DNA of 64,000 nucleotides. Origin: Vezdaea acicularis. Its lineage: Eukaryota. The translations under genes were made by a program, and so were the position numbers. The DNA lies in assembly GCA_026025075.1 (NCBI GenBank), contig JAPEUI010000034.1:1-64000 (forward strand), written 5' to 3'. Positions 1 through 11,108 of this stretch are shown here, piece after piece (the first letter of the stretch is position 1; each line of letters begins with the position of its first letter). The notes under the pieces were generated by a model. That model was not told the origin of the DNA, did not search any database, and worked only from the letters and a program-made list of their open reading frames with translations.

Positions 1-196
1 GGGCTGCGCGTACAGCCCCCGAATGTATGTAGATTGGGGCTGCGCGTACAGCCCCCGAATGTATGTAGATTGGGGCTGCGCGTACAGCCCCCGAATGTAT
101 GTAGATTGGGGCTGCGCGTACAGCCCCCGAATGTATGTAGATTGGGGCTGCGCGTACAGCCCCAGAATGTATGTAGATTGGGGCTGCGGGTACAGC
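1..196. repeat. 36-bp tandem repeat (~5.5 copies, truncated by the window edge); each unit contains a 7-bp GGGGCTG/CAGCCCC hairpin
   Basis: Unit gggctgcgcgtacagcccccgaatgtatgtagattg at 1-36, 37-72, 73-108, 109-144, 145-180 (1 substitution), with a degenerate partial copy at 181-196. Confidence 0.97.
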
Positions 197-1532
197 TGCA
201 CGAACATCCCAAGGAAGTGTCCGCACTCCACTCAGTGCCCTAATGGAAGCACTAAAAATCTCAGGACTTTGAGCTAATTTAGCTTAGCCGCACGGCCCGA
301 AGCCCGATGCTAGAGGCGGTAGCAATGGCTGTAATTATCTTTCCGCTGTGCAAGGGTTTCTGTTCGCTAAAGCTAAAGGACCGCGTGAGGACTACCGAAG
401 CTGTAGTCAAAAATTGATGGCGCATAATCGAAGGCTCTCCCCTAGGTAAATGCTACACACTCGAAGGCACAAAACACTCTCACAAGGCCACAGGCATAGC
501 GCAGAACATAACACTGCACAAGAATTTTTACGAAATTGCCGATGATGTTCGAGCTGTGGAGAAAATTGATGCTATACAGCGCTGCTTGTTGGCTTTTTCT
601 CTCATCCTCGTTCCCCAGGCCATTACCAAAGATTGCCATCGTCACTGCCAAAGGTCGCCATCGTCAACTCTCCAGCTACCTGTCTTCTCCTGCAATTGGC
701 GTCTTTCCTCGAGCCTGCGCCATGGGTCATCCTGATCCTGTATTTGCTCATCGCCCTTGATCTTTTTGAGGAACCATCTGAGGCACCAGGCTCCTGAATT
801 CATGTCTTTATCAGCTATACTCTGCAATTCTGTCGCGAGAGGAGCTTAGGATACCTAAACTTGTTTCCTTATTTGTCTCGTGTGACTTAGACTGGCTATC
901 ATTGAGTTTTTGTCTGGGGTTCAAGATCGTGTCACGGACTTTAAATGACATGGTGAGGGTTAGGTGGTGTGGTGTTTGTCTGTAGCGATCAGAAGAGAAC
1001 TTTGAGATGCTCGACTCTTGCGGCGGGGACTGATGAACGACCGATGGAAGTGAGCTGCGCTCTTCAAGTAATAAGTAGACTCCCAACGAAAACCTCTTCT
1101 TCTCCTCAGCATTAATTAAGATGATGACAGTGTGATAATGCAATTCTGGTCACCCGTCAACTCACAGTGTTGTACGGAGGTTCCGGCCCTTATAATTACT
1201 AGCTTGGGCAAGGCGGCAACCCATGCACCAATAGAAAATAATGTGGAGGTGTGTTGTTGGTGCAGGGGTTGCCACCGTGCCCGAGCTAATAATGATAAGG
1301 GCCGGTTCTTCCGTATGCGGGTGCCAGGGGGCAGCGTCAATCAGTGGCATTCGCAGGTTAGGGTTTGCCGTCACACTGAACCCTGGTCAAGGACCCTTGA
1401 AGCCTTTGAATATATAAAGCTAAGGCAAGGCTGAGAGCGTTCCGTTCTCTGTCTACCCTCTTTAGAGCCATTTGAATTTCTAAGCCAACCGTGCAGCCTC
1501 AATAACGTCTTGAGCGGCCACTCTCACTATGC

Positions 1533-3479
1533 ATGATACCGGAAGAAGAATTATCGCGGGAAGACTTATTCGAAAATGCAGTTCTGTGGGTTCACTCATC
1601 TCTCTGATTTTCGACTTCTAATTGTATGTTAAGGAAGAATATTCAGATCAATGCAGTCCGCAGCTTAAAGATGGTTCAGGAGCACTCTCTACACCAGGAA
1701 CCAGATATTGCGCGAGACCTTCTCGTGCTAAACAAACAGGGCCACACTTTTACCCCGGCGCTATTTCGAGTGAACTTGACGCACAGATTCTTATTAAAGC
1801 CCTCGAAGACGGACTCTTGAATCATGACTGCGGCTTTGACTCTGGAGATCAAGGTTGGCCACCGTATGGTTTGACTTTCATACACAAAACCATATACAAT
1901 ACCAAACCAAGCTCTGGTATAGTCCAAACGACATCAGAATCCGATCTTGAAATGATAACAGTCGATCTTCCCACTTTGCATGGTGTCTACCGGGTAACCT
2001 CGTGGGTTATGGGTGTAAACTCAAAACGAAGGACCCCATCTGAGGACCCTAGAATGTATCTTTCACACCTACAAGTTAACTTGGTGAGTTCAATAAATCA
2101 AAACCTGGATAAAGACTCATAGCAATAGGACTGTTCTCCTGCGGCCAAGAAGAGCTTTCAGTGCATTGCTCTTTACATCAGCATTGGTATCATTGATAGT
2201 CCTGACACACAATCATATGTCAACTTACTTAAGAGAGCCGAAGCCGATTGGATACCCCTATGTCCTTATGAAATTGGGCATTGGGAGAAAGTTAGTGAGC
2301 GTTCAGAATTCAATGGCCTCTCAGCAAGTCAATTAAGAGATCGGACAATGACGTTGCTCTCACGGATTGAGCGTATGGCAATGGGTCATCTTACACAGCA
2401 CTACACACCATGGAACGAAAACTTCACTCCACACCAAGACCTGACCCTTTTGGGGATAGCGTTCAAGCTGAAAACATCTCCACCGGCCTCGCTTCTAAGA
2501 ATTGACACCAACAGATTAGCCGTTGATCTCCAAGATAATCCAATATTTAATGTTCAAGGGATTGAGGATGTACAAGGACCCATCAGAAGGGCAAACCAAA
2601 TATTGCCAATCTTTCGTGGAAAGGATTGGCTAGTGAGTTGCCCAAGATCTTTCTTTTGAGTCATGACTAACACAAACAGGAATTACCTACGAGTCTGCAA
2701 AACATACTAGACGAATTATCTAACGACAACGAAGAGTATTTTATCGCATTCATGTAAGAGCCAATCTACTAGTTAACCAACGCAGTGATTAATAGAAGAT
2801 CAGTACATTTTACCATCGCAGGCTTCTATCACTCAATGAGCGTAAGAACGATGAGTTATTCCTCATTATATATCTCTCCCATCGACATGCAAGCCCGCGA
2901 CTTCAGGTTTGGGTAGAAAGCGAGGTCGGCTGTCTAGTGCATGCTAAGATTCTTGGCCGCCTTCGTGACTCGACAGATGTTGCCGAGTTCATGCTCTGCA
3001 TGATTGCGCTATACGCCATGCATCGACTAGTCAAAAGAGAGACCGAGAATGAGGCGCATTGGTGTGGTGACTGGCTTGCGCAATGGAACCGATATCTTTA
3101 CAAGCTGGATGACTTTGAAACACATTATCGCACCGTACAATGTGTTTTTGCCTCACTTGCAAGGGTGTTACGTTGTCATATCAACATTAAGGATCCAACC
3201 TTATCGTTGGTAGCGTCTGAGCTTACTGATTTTGAGGAAGGTGTGCATTTTTGCCCCTCTTTTGTCGAAGATTCTTACCTCTATAAGAGAATTTGCCTCG
3301 GGATGAATCACCGGAAGGCTTACGATGGGGTTCGCAAAGATGCTTTCATTTCGTACAAACGGCTTCAAAAATCCTCTGATGAGATGGAGGGTTCTTGGGT
3401 GTTAATTGAGCAAGCAGAAGAGCAGATCCACTTGGACAAGACAGATCCACTCGGACAAGACAGATCCACTCGGACATGA
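1533..3479 (+). CDS. Multi-exon orphan (hypothetical) protein, roughly 550 aa; 5' exon structure uncertain
   Basis: ORF fragments at 1622-2122, 2348-2659 and 2937-3479 join in frame through canonical introns (2084-2128, 2633-2679, 2754-2803, ~2907-2948); no family motif recognised. Confidence 0.6.
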
Positions 3480-3498
3480 CAGATCCACTCGGACAAGA
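3423..3498. repeat. 19-bp tandem repeat x4 (cagatccactcggacaaga)
   Basis: Copies at 3423, 3442, 3461 and 3480; a variant base in copy 3 creates the TGA stop of the upstream ORF. Confidence 0.95.
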
Positions 3499-3704
3499 CT
3501 GATAAGGATGACAAGTAAGATAGATTTAATCTTAGTGTTTTGCTCAAGAGAATATGATACGTCCGTCTTTGCCAAATTGTGGTCCATGGGAACGAAACTA
3601 TGCTCAAGACTATTCACTTGTACTCAAACCTCGTGATGTTCTATACTATTAATGGACCGTCTACCGGCTTGTCTTGTTGGATTGCCGTTGCCTACAAAAG
3701 AGCA

Positions 3705-3825
3705 TTTCAGATATATATGGATTTTATCAATTAAATATGTTAAATATATCAAATATAATTAAAATATTATTTGAATATATTAAGATATTATTTAAATATA
3801 TCAAATATTACATTAAATCAATTAG
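3705..3825. repeat. AT-rich degenerate ~21-bp tandem patch, RIP-like relic
   Basis: Almost no C or G; aaaatattatttgaatatatt / aagatattatttaaatatatc periodicity; TpA-rich. Confidence 0.6.
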
Positions 3826-5775
3826 TTGGATATGTAAGGAGCGGCATCTCCTCTATAGCAGGACCCCGGCGAAAGATCAGGGTGATGAAGCAATGACCAG
3901 AATCACGTGAGGTAATGCTCATAGAGGATTAGTCAGCGACCCTTCACATACTCGGCTGGGCTCACTGGGGAGATTGGTATCGAATAGTCTTGATCCTAAG
4001 ATAGAGATATCAATATAACATTGTCTATATCTTCGTACCGCAGCCTGCCCGCAAGCGTCATTAACAATACCCTAGATGCCAGTGGGACACAGGCGTCGCG
4101 CAGTCTATCACGCTCTCGATAGGAGACAGACGTCTCAGTCCAGTCTTATACTGAGCCGGCTGCTTCTTCAGCTTCACCGTCGCCTGCTTGTTCTGTGCTG
4201 GCTGCTCAGTTCGCTGGTTCTGCAAAAATGAATTTTCATGTACTCCCTTGTCGTTCTCCGATAGTTGTCTGTCAAAGCGACGGCTAGCCCATACGCCTGC
4301 TCTGCCTAATGTGGGGTCCGCCGTGTCTTGATGCGATCCTTACTGTCTGCAATTTCACTAAGTGGGAAGTAGGGCGTCAGCTGTGGCTACTTCTGCAAGG
4401 AGTGTGATTTCATGCTGCGTGGGATCCTTCCTGACTAGAACCATTCGTGGTATTGCTTTCGCGCCTTTCAATACAGAGAGTACTCACATTTTTGAAAGAT
4501 CGCGTCTGCGTTTATGCAACTACCATCATTTAAACGGTGGTCCGCCGATGGAGCTCTCGCCTTAGTGCTTGCAAAAACGCATCCATCAAACGCATTGTCC
4601 GGCGAGAATGAGATCTGAGATTGCTCGGTCGGGTGTAGCTTCCCCGGGCTTCACGGTCGTCGTCCTGTTGAAGATTTCGATTGCTAGGCTGATCCGCTTG
4701 CGGGTCCAACCTTCGATCGACGCCAGATTCCTCGATGGCAGAGGTCGTGACGACAACGTCGAGCAAGGCAGAATCGAGACACGTAAGCGGCATAGTGCAT
4801 CAGGCAGCCATCTCTTGCATGAAACCGTGGGTGTTGGTGGCGGCTGCGTTAGGGGATGCAAGGGCGCACGCATGAATTCATGGAAGGACCAGGCCAAGAC
4901 GTCGTGAACGTGGTGTTGTAGAGCAGCGATACGGTCACGTGGACGCGATGCCGGATCGAGAGATCGCTAAACCGTATCGAGGTGCACCGACACGCAAAGT
5001 ACGCGAATTGTTTCCATGCGCGCTGGAGTCATCCGGTTGCGTAGTTTAGTGGGGTCGGGGCAAGGCCTCCCGCTTCCCATGCAAGCCATCTGGCGCGCGA
5101 CACGGTGGCGTCCTGCCCTCCGGCGTTCTCGACTGGTCGCCGGCTAAGAAGGAGAGGCCGAGGGACGACTCGGGCACTACAGCAGTCCGGCCATTGCTGC
5201 GATCACCGTTGTCATCCGGAGACGCTGGGCGCGGAGAGCCAATATATGGGGATGGCGTCCCTCATTCCTGCTCATGCGCTCACAGTCTTCTTGGTCCTAC
5301 ATAACCACTCTCGGACTCCCTAGCGACCCAGTCTTGACAAGACGCCACTCTACGCATTCTCAGTCTTTTCAACCAGTCCCTGACGTCAATCTGGGGAATG
5401 TCACAGCGCTAAGTTGTTTGGCTTGCTTGGGCGTCTTCCTGTTCTTGCGGGGTACAATCCGGACCTGATCCTCAACTCACTGGCCATACATGAACGAATC
5501 GCTCAGCTTTATAACTCGTCCGACTTGTCCATCTTCTACGTCTGCTTTGCCAACTCACTGCACTGTTCTTCGATCGTTGGAACATCGAGGCGTGCTTCAT
5601 TTGGCTTCGGTTTCATTCATTCGATTTGACTTTGTGCCAGGCACGCGACTGAGAGGGATTATACTTTGACGGCACTTTAGGACTCCATAGTACTACAACC
5701 TTACACAACCAATCACCAGGACCAGAGCATCAACACGACACGAAGACTCTACATCGAGACCTAGGTTCAACACCT

Positions 5776-5826
5776 ATGCTTGGGGACCACAATGCTCTTG
5801 CCCCCGTCCACGTACTACCTTCCTGA
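5776..5826 (+). promoter_or_regulatory. Candidate uORF (16 codons) upstream of the cyclin gene
   Basis: ATG at 5776 to TGA at 5824-5826 (MLGDHNALAPVHVLPS), 120 bp before the main ATG; transcript start unknown. Confidence 0.35.
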
Positions 5827-5945
5827 TCCTCCGGAAGGCACCGAATTCGACTGAGGCATTACCTTGTGGCAACCAGAAGCTCCTTTCACGACATTCGTAC
5901 TTATATTGCCAAGGCATCCTCTGATAAATCTATCCAACCTCCAAA

Positions 5946-6953
5946 ATGGGTACATCTCATGAAGGTCACAAATCGCCTCCGCTGGCAGAGTTCGAAACCA
6001 ATGAAGCCGACACGAGGCGAGGCATAGACTCGATGCAGCAACGACCTCCCCGTGCACCAGATCCTTCAAAGGACCCGGGGATAGCAACGACGCATGCTTC
6101 AACAACTCATGACGAGATGGACTTCACTGACTTCATTGCCAAGGAAGGCCCGGTTGATATATTCAGCATCCCCGCTATCATCGCCCTGAAGTTGATGTGC
6201 CGCAGTATCGATCATTTGGCGCAAATGACAGGAGATGTCCCACCTACACCCCCTGTCAGCTCACCAGCCAATCCTACCATCACGATAGTGCAGGTCGAGC
6301 CACCAAGTCCCCGGAAAAGGGGAGACAGCGAAGGTCGGAGATCAACACCCACAGGCAGTCCTATTCATGAGGATGATGGACGCCCGTTCGTCAAGACACC
6401 CATTGGTAGTCCCGAGTCGGGTAGCGCAGAACCCCTGTTGGTCATTGGAGCCGACATAGAACCTATGGCTGTTCAACAGGGTGCAATCACCCGTAAGTTC
6501 TATTCCAAACGACCGCCGCCGATATCCTTGGAGGAATATCTCTCTCGCCTTCACAAATATTGCCCAATGTCTACAGCTGTCTACCTGGCGACGAGCCTTT
6601 ATATTCACAAGGCGGCACTGATAGACAGGGTGATCCCTGTGACGCGAAGAAACGTACACAGACTGCTTCTTGGAGGGCTACGGATAGGAATGAAAGCCCT
6701 AGAGGATCTCAACTATCCGGCCTCGAGATTTGCTAAAGTCGGCGGCGTGACGGAAAGAGAGCTTGCACGCCTCGAGATCAGTTTTTGTTTTCTGACCAGC
6801 TTTGAGCTAAGGGTGACCGAGGACATGCTCTCGGCGCAAGCCATCACCTTAAGGGACACTGCAGCCCTACGATCGCGTCCTGATTTTGAGTTAAAGCTGC
6901 CTCTGATGAGAGAAAAACACAAGGGCCTTTCAAGTCTGGTGGGAAAGGCATGA
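5946..6953 (+). CDS. PCL7: Pho80/Pcl6-Pcl7-family cyclin (Pho85 partner)
   Basis: Cyclin-box motifs FYSKRPPPISLEEYLSRLHKYCPMS, NVHRLLL, FAKVGGV..ELARLEISFCFL. Confidence 0.88.
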   Translation: MGTSHEGHKSPPLAEFETNEADTRRGIDSMQQRPPRAPDPSKDPGIATTHASTTHDEMDFTDFIAKEGPVDIFSIPAIIALKLMCRSIDHLAQMTGDVPPTPPVSSPANPTITIVQVEPPSPRKRGDSEGRRSTPTGSPIHEDDGRPFVKTPIGSPESGSAEPLLVIGADIEPMAVQQGAITRKFYSKRPPPISLEEYLSRLHKYCPMSTAVYLATSLYIHKAALIDRVIPVTRRNVHRLLLGGLRIGMKALEDLNYPASRFAKVGGVTERELARLEISFCFLTSFELRVTEDMLSAQAITLRDTAALRSRPDFELKLPLMREKHKGLSSLVGKA

Positions 6954-7576
6954 CGTAACAACTGCAGGTGATACTAGCTTGATCTGGTGACGTCCAGAGG
7001 CTCATTTTTTCTCCGATATCTGGTTAATGCGAACAAATGCCTTCGTAAAGGTGAAAAGCCTCATATACTTTTTCTTTTAATAAGCGTACGGTCCCAGCAT
7101 GTCCTAAGACAAGGCTGGCCATCTTCTTTACGCAACAGTTTCTAGTCAATGGGTAACAGGGAAGCGGATCTTCTGTCTTGGTTTGTAGGGACGTTCGTCA
7201 GGACTGAATTGTCTGTTAACCGCACGATGGACGGAAGTATTGGGACTGCGCGGTTGTGCTACATGTTTGGATTGTACGGCGTATGGCTGTATGATATATT
7301 TTAGTAGCGGACGTTTCCGCCGGTAGAAGAGTGTTACCGGCGATGCTGGTCTTGAATGTTGTCCAAGCTGGTGCTAATTTTAAATACATGCCTGTATCTT
7401 TGGCGATCGCTTGAGCCACTGTGGCGGATTAAAGCCGGCAGTTTAGCCCCTTCTGTCGAAGCGACGTCCAGGAACCCGTTCCTTGCACAACTTGCCGCGG
7501 CCTTTTGGCTCTGTCAATCGCGATTCCTCGTATATCCCATCTCCATCATTGTATCTATCCCAACGCATCTTGATTC

Positions 7577-7607
7577 TTGCATCATTTGCATCATTTGCAT
7601 CATTTGC
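7577..7607. repeat. 9-bp tandem repeat (TTGCATCAT x3.4) just upstream of the KRE9 start
   Basis: Directly visible. Confidence 0.9.
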
Positions 7608-7641
7608 CGCACTTGCTGCACATCCTCAACTTTCGCACACA

Positions 7642-8650
7642 ATGCTATTCCGGCGGGCACTGCTGTTTGCAGTTGCCGCAGTACCCTTGGCTTTGGCCGA
7701 CGTACAATTCACGACACCCGCTGCCGGTGCAACACTCACAGGAGGCTCGACGATCACCATCGAATGGAAAGACTCTGGAAAGGCCCCATCGATATCAGAC
7801 CTGACGTCTTACCAGCTGTTCCTATGCGCAGGGGGGAATGATCAACCGGTAGGTTGCTGCCCGCGTAATGCAGATTCCGATCGAGTATATCCAGTGAAGG
7901 AACATAACGATTGATGATATCTTGCGAAACATAGGTCCAATTAGCTGCTCTACAGTCTCAAGGCACATTCGGTTCTGGGAACTCGGCTTCGGGGACGGTC
8001 CAAGCAAACCTTGGTGGTGATACAAAAAACGCATAGTAGGTCTCGTGCTCGCGCGCAGTATTCTTACCACCTCCCTAAAATTTCTTGCTAACGATTCAAA
8101 AGTTTCCTTAAAATGATATCCGTAGCGGCCGCAGGTGGTACCGTTATCAATTACTCGGACCGATTCAGTCTCAGCGGTATGACAGGCGTCTTTCCAGCCT
8201 CTATAACGTCTGCCTTGGCAAACATCAAGGGCACTGGTGGGCCACCGACCCAGAATCAAGTCGCCGGCGTTGGTGCAGGGGCTGCCGGGCCTGCTGGGCC
8301 GTACACGCTACCCTATACGCTGCAAACGGGACTCACGAGATATGCGCCGATGGCTCCTCTTCCGCCGACTAAGATCACAAAGAAGAACCCTTCACCTCAA
8401 TACCCAACAAGCGCCGTGACATTTGCAAAGACCTTCCTTCCGACCCCGAGCATTGTCACGACTCTTACCCAGAGCCAGACAGCTAGCGCTGCGAGTAGAG
8501 TGAACACTGTAATCCTCCCTCTACCACCTGATAATCAATTATTGCTTTCCCAAGGCACAGGCTAACTTTGTGTTTCTCATTCTGTAGGCTGCCGCTGCAC
8601 CGCAGCCCTCTAATGACATGGCCAGGTTTCTGGCGAGGTGGAAAGACTAA
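7642..8650 (+). CDS. KRE9: Beta-1,6-glucan synthesis protein, Kre9/Knh1 family (4 exons)
   Basis: Signal peptide MLFRRALLFAVAAVPLALA-DVQFTTP; LFLCAGGN; INYSDRFSLSGMTG; PYTLQTGLTRYAPM; C-terminal DMARFLARWKD. Confidence 0.92.
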
Positions 8651-9300
8651 GGCCGAGTTGCATTTGAGGAATAACCTTGTTTTGGGAAGGCTACGGCATC
8701 GCACAGGTCTAGGTGCAACAATCTTTTCTACATTTCCTTGGTAAACCACGAGTCTGGAGTTATGGGGTCTAGGAGTCTGATCCGGAAATCCCTGCATAAC
8801 ACGGCGGCGAAACTGAATAGAAAGATAAGCATGAGATGGTACCACGGCTTTGCGTTGGAGCAAATAGAATAACGCTGCTGTACGAGCACTGGTTGATCTG
8901 GTGGATTTATAAACCGAGTCCACGTTGAATACACAGTTGGAAGTATCTTTAAAAGCTTTTCCAGTGCTTTTAGCATTGTGTAAAGTGTAGAACATAGATT
9001 AATCTTGCCTATAATATATTGTTCTCGGCAGACGCGTCTGAATTAGAAGGGAGACTGTCCTCACGGGACTTTTATTCCTTCCTTGATCCAGATCCCACCT
9101 AATTGTAGAATCTACCCAATTGATCACATTGTTGAAACGCTTGGTTGGGCTTATTAGATTGAATCGAAAGCTTATGATTGGTTTCCAACAGTGGTAAAAC
9201 TTCGGTTGCTTAACGGCTCGAAAGGAAGCAACTTGTCGTGCCAGACGAGCTTGATCGTCAACCCACACTTCACTGAGCTGCTATCGGCAGTCCATAGAAG

Positions 9301-10915
9301 ATGTCTTCACTAGAATCAGTTCTCTCCAAGAAATACCCCGCGAAAGAGCATGCAAAACGGGTCGCAGCAGAGCTTCAAAAGAGCAATGCGGGGGCTAGCG
9401 GGGTAATATATCTCGAGGGCCAAAAGACACGAATGATAGAAGACAACGACGAGCCTCAACCCTTCCGGTATCTTCCTCTCGCCATTGAAAGTATTAATTA
9501 CTAACTTTCAACTATCTAGCCAGCGCCGCTATTTCTTCTACCTCACCGGCTGCAACCTACCAGACTGCTACTTCACCTACGATATCGCCTCCTCTTACTC
9601 AACCCTGTACATCCCCCCAATTGACCCTTCCTCCGTAATCTGGACCGGCCTCCCGCTCTCACCCGTCGAAGCACTAGCAAAATACGATGTCGACGCTGTA
9701 CGCTCCACCTCCGAAATCAACGCCTTCCTGGCTGGCACCCCCAAGGCGTCCCTTGGCACTGTATGGGCCATCGCGAACCAAGTCAGCACCGAAGTGACCT
9801 TCCTCGAATTTGAGACCAAGAACTTTACCGCCTTGAAGAAAGCAATTGAAACATGCCGCGTGATCAAAGACGACTACGAGATCGCCCTCACCCGAAAGGC
9901 AAACGACATATCCCATATTGCACACACCGCCGTCCTCAAAGCCGTGAAGCACGCCGCGAATGAGCGCGAGCTGGAAGCACTCTTCATCCAACAGAGCATC
10001 GCACACGGCGCACGCGAGCAAGCCTACCATTCCATTGTTGCGTCTGGTGTCAACGGCGCAACGCTGCACTACCAAAAGAACAACGAGCCCCTGTCCGGCC
10101 GACTAAACCTCCTACTAGACGCCGGCGCGGAGTACGACTGCTACGCTTCGGACATCACACGGACGTTCCCCATTTCAGGAAAGTTCAGCGCAGAGAGTAG
10201 GGCGATCTACGACATCGTGCTGAAAATGCAAGAAGAGTGTACGCAGATGCTCCGGGAAGGGGTTTCGTGGGAGGGTGTGCATATCCACGCGCATCAAGTC
10301 GCCATCGCGGGTTTACTCCGCTTAGGTATCCTGAAAGGGACGCCAGAGGAGATTTTCAAGGCGAGGACCAGCGTGGCATTTTTCCCGCATGGCCTGGGGC
10401 ATTATCTCGGCATGGACACGCATGACGTGGGAGGAAATCCGGATTACGAGGACCCTGACACCATGTTCAAGTATCTCCGGGTCAGGGGCGCGTTGCCGGC
10501 TGGGTGTATTGTCACGGTCGAGCCTGGCGTATGTACTTTCCTCTCCCCCCCCCTTCCCCCTCCTGTTTTGTGCGTACGTATTGTTTGTTGGGCCCAGCCA
10601 CTGACAATTCTCACTGCAGATCTACTTCTGCCGCTTCATCATTGAGCCGTACCTAAAGAATCCAGACCACAGCAAGTTCATCGATAAAGACGTTCTGGAG
10701 AACTATTGGACCGTTGGCGGAGTAAGGATAGAAGGTGAGAATCTCCGACCCATTTTCCTTTCCCCTATTCCATCTATTTCCAAAAATTGCACATAGTCGG
10801 AAGTCGAGGATTAACGTCTGCAGATAATGTGCTTGTCACGAAGGACGGCTACGAGAATCTGACCACCGCAGTAAAGGACGTGGACGAGATGGAGAAGATT
10901 ATACGTGACTCATAA
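9301..10915 (+). CDS. pepP: Xaa-Pro aminopeptidase/prolidase (M24B), 4 exons
   Basis: [71 protein letters not shown] metal-ligand motifs. Confidence 0.95.
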
Positions 10916-11108
10916 CCAGCTTTAGATGGTTGCTGTTAGCCTGGGCGAAATTCTAGCACTACTATCTGCTGTGCCGAATCGCAAGATCCGCGTGCCTTAA
11001 ATAGACGTGCACGAGATCTACTCTCCCCATAGTACGAGGAAAGCTTCTTAACAGGCGCTACCAAAGCAACTCCTTTCGTCTGTATGCGCTAGCCCACAAA
11101 CCCCAATC

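Noticed and set aside
1..196. CRISPR-like appearance (36-bp period, palindromic repeat)
   Set aside because: Intervening sequences are identical rather than unique spacers, there are no cas genes, and the context is eukaryotic
1356..1365. GGTTAGGGTT telomere-like motif or telomerase RNA template
   Set aside because: Only about 1.5 units, no array and no supporting structure; expected by chance
6951..6975. TGA-C stop context of the cyclin as a readthrough signal
   Set aside because: Not the TGA CTA motif, and the extension (RNNCR) has no targeting signal
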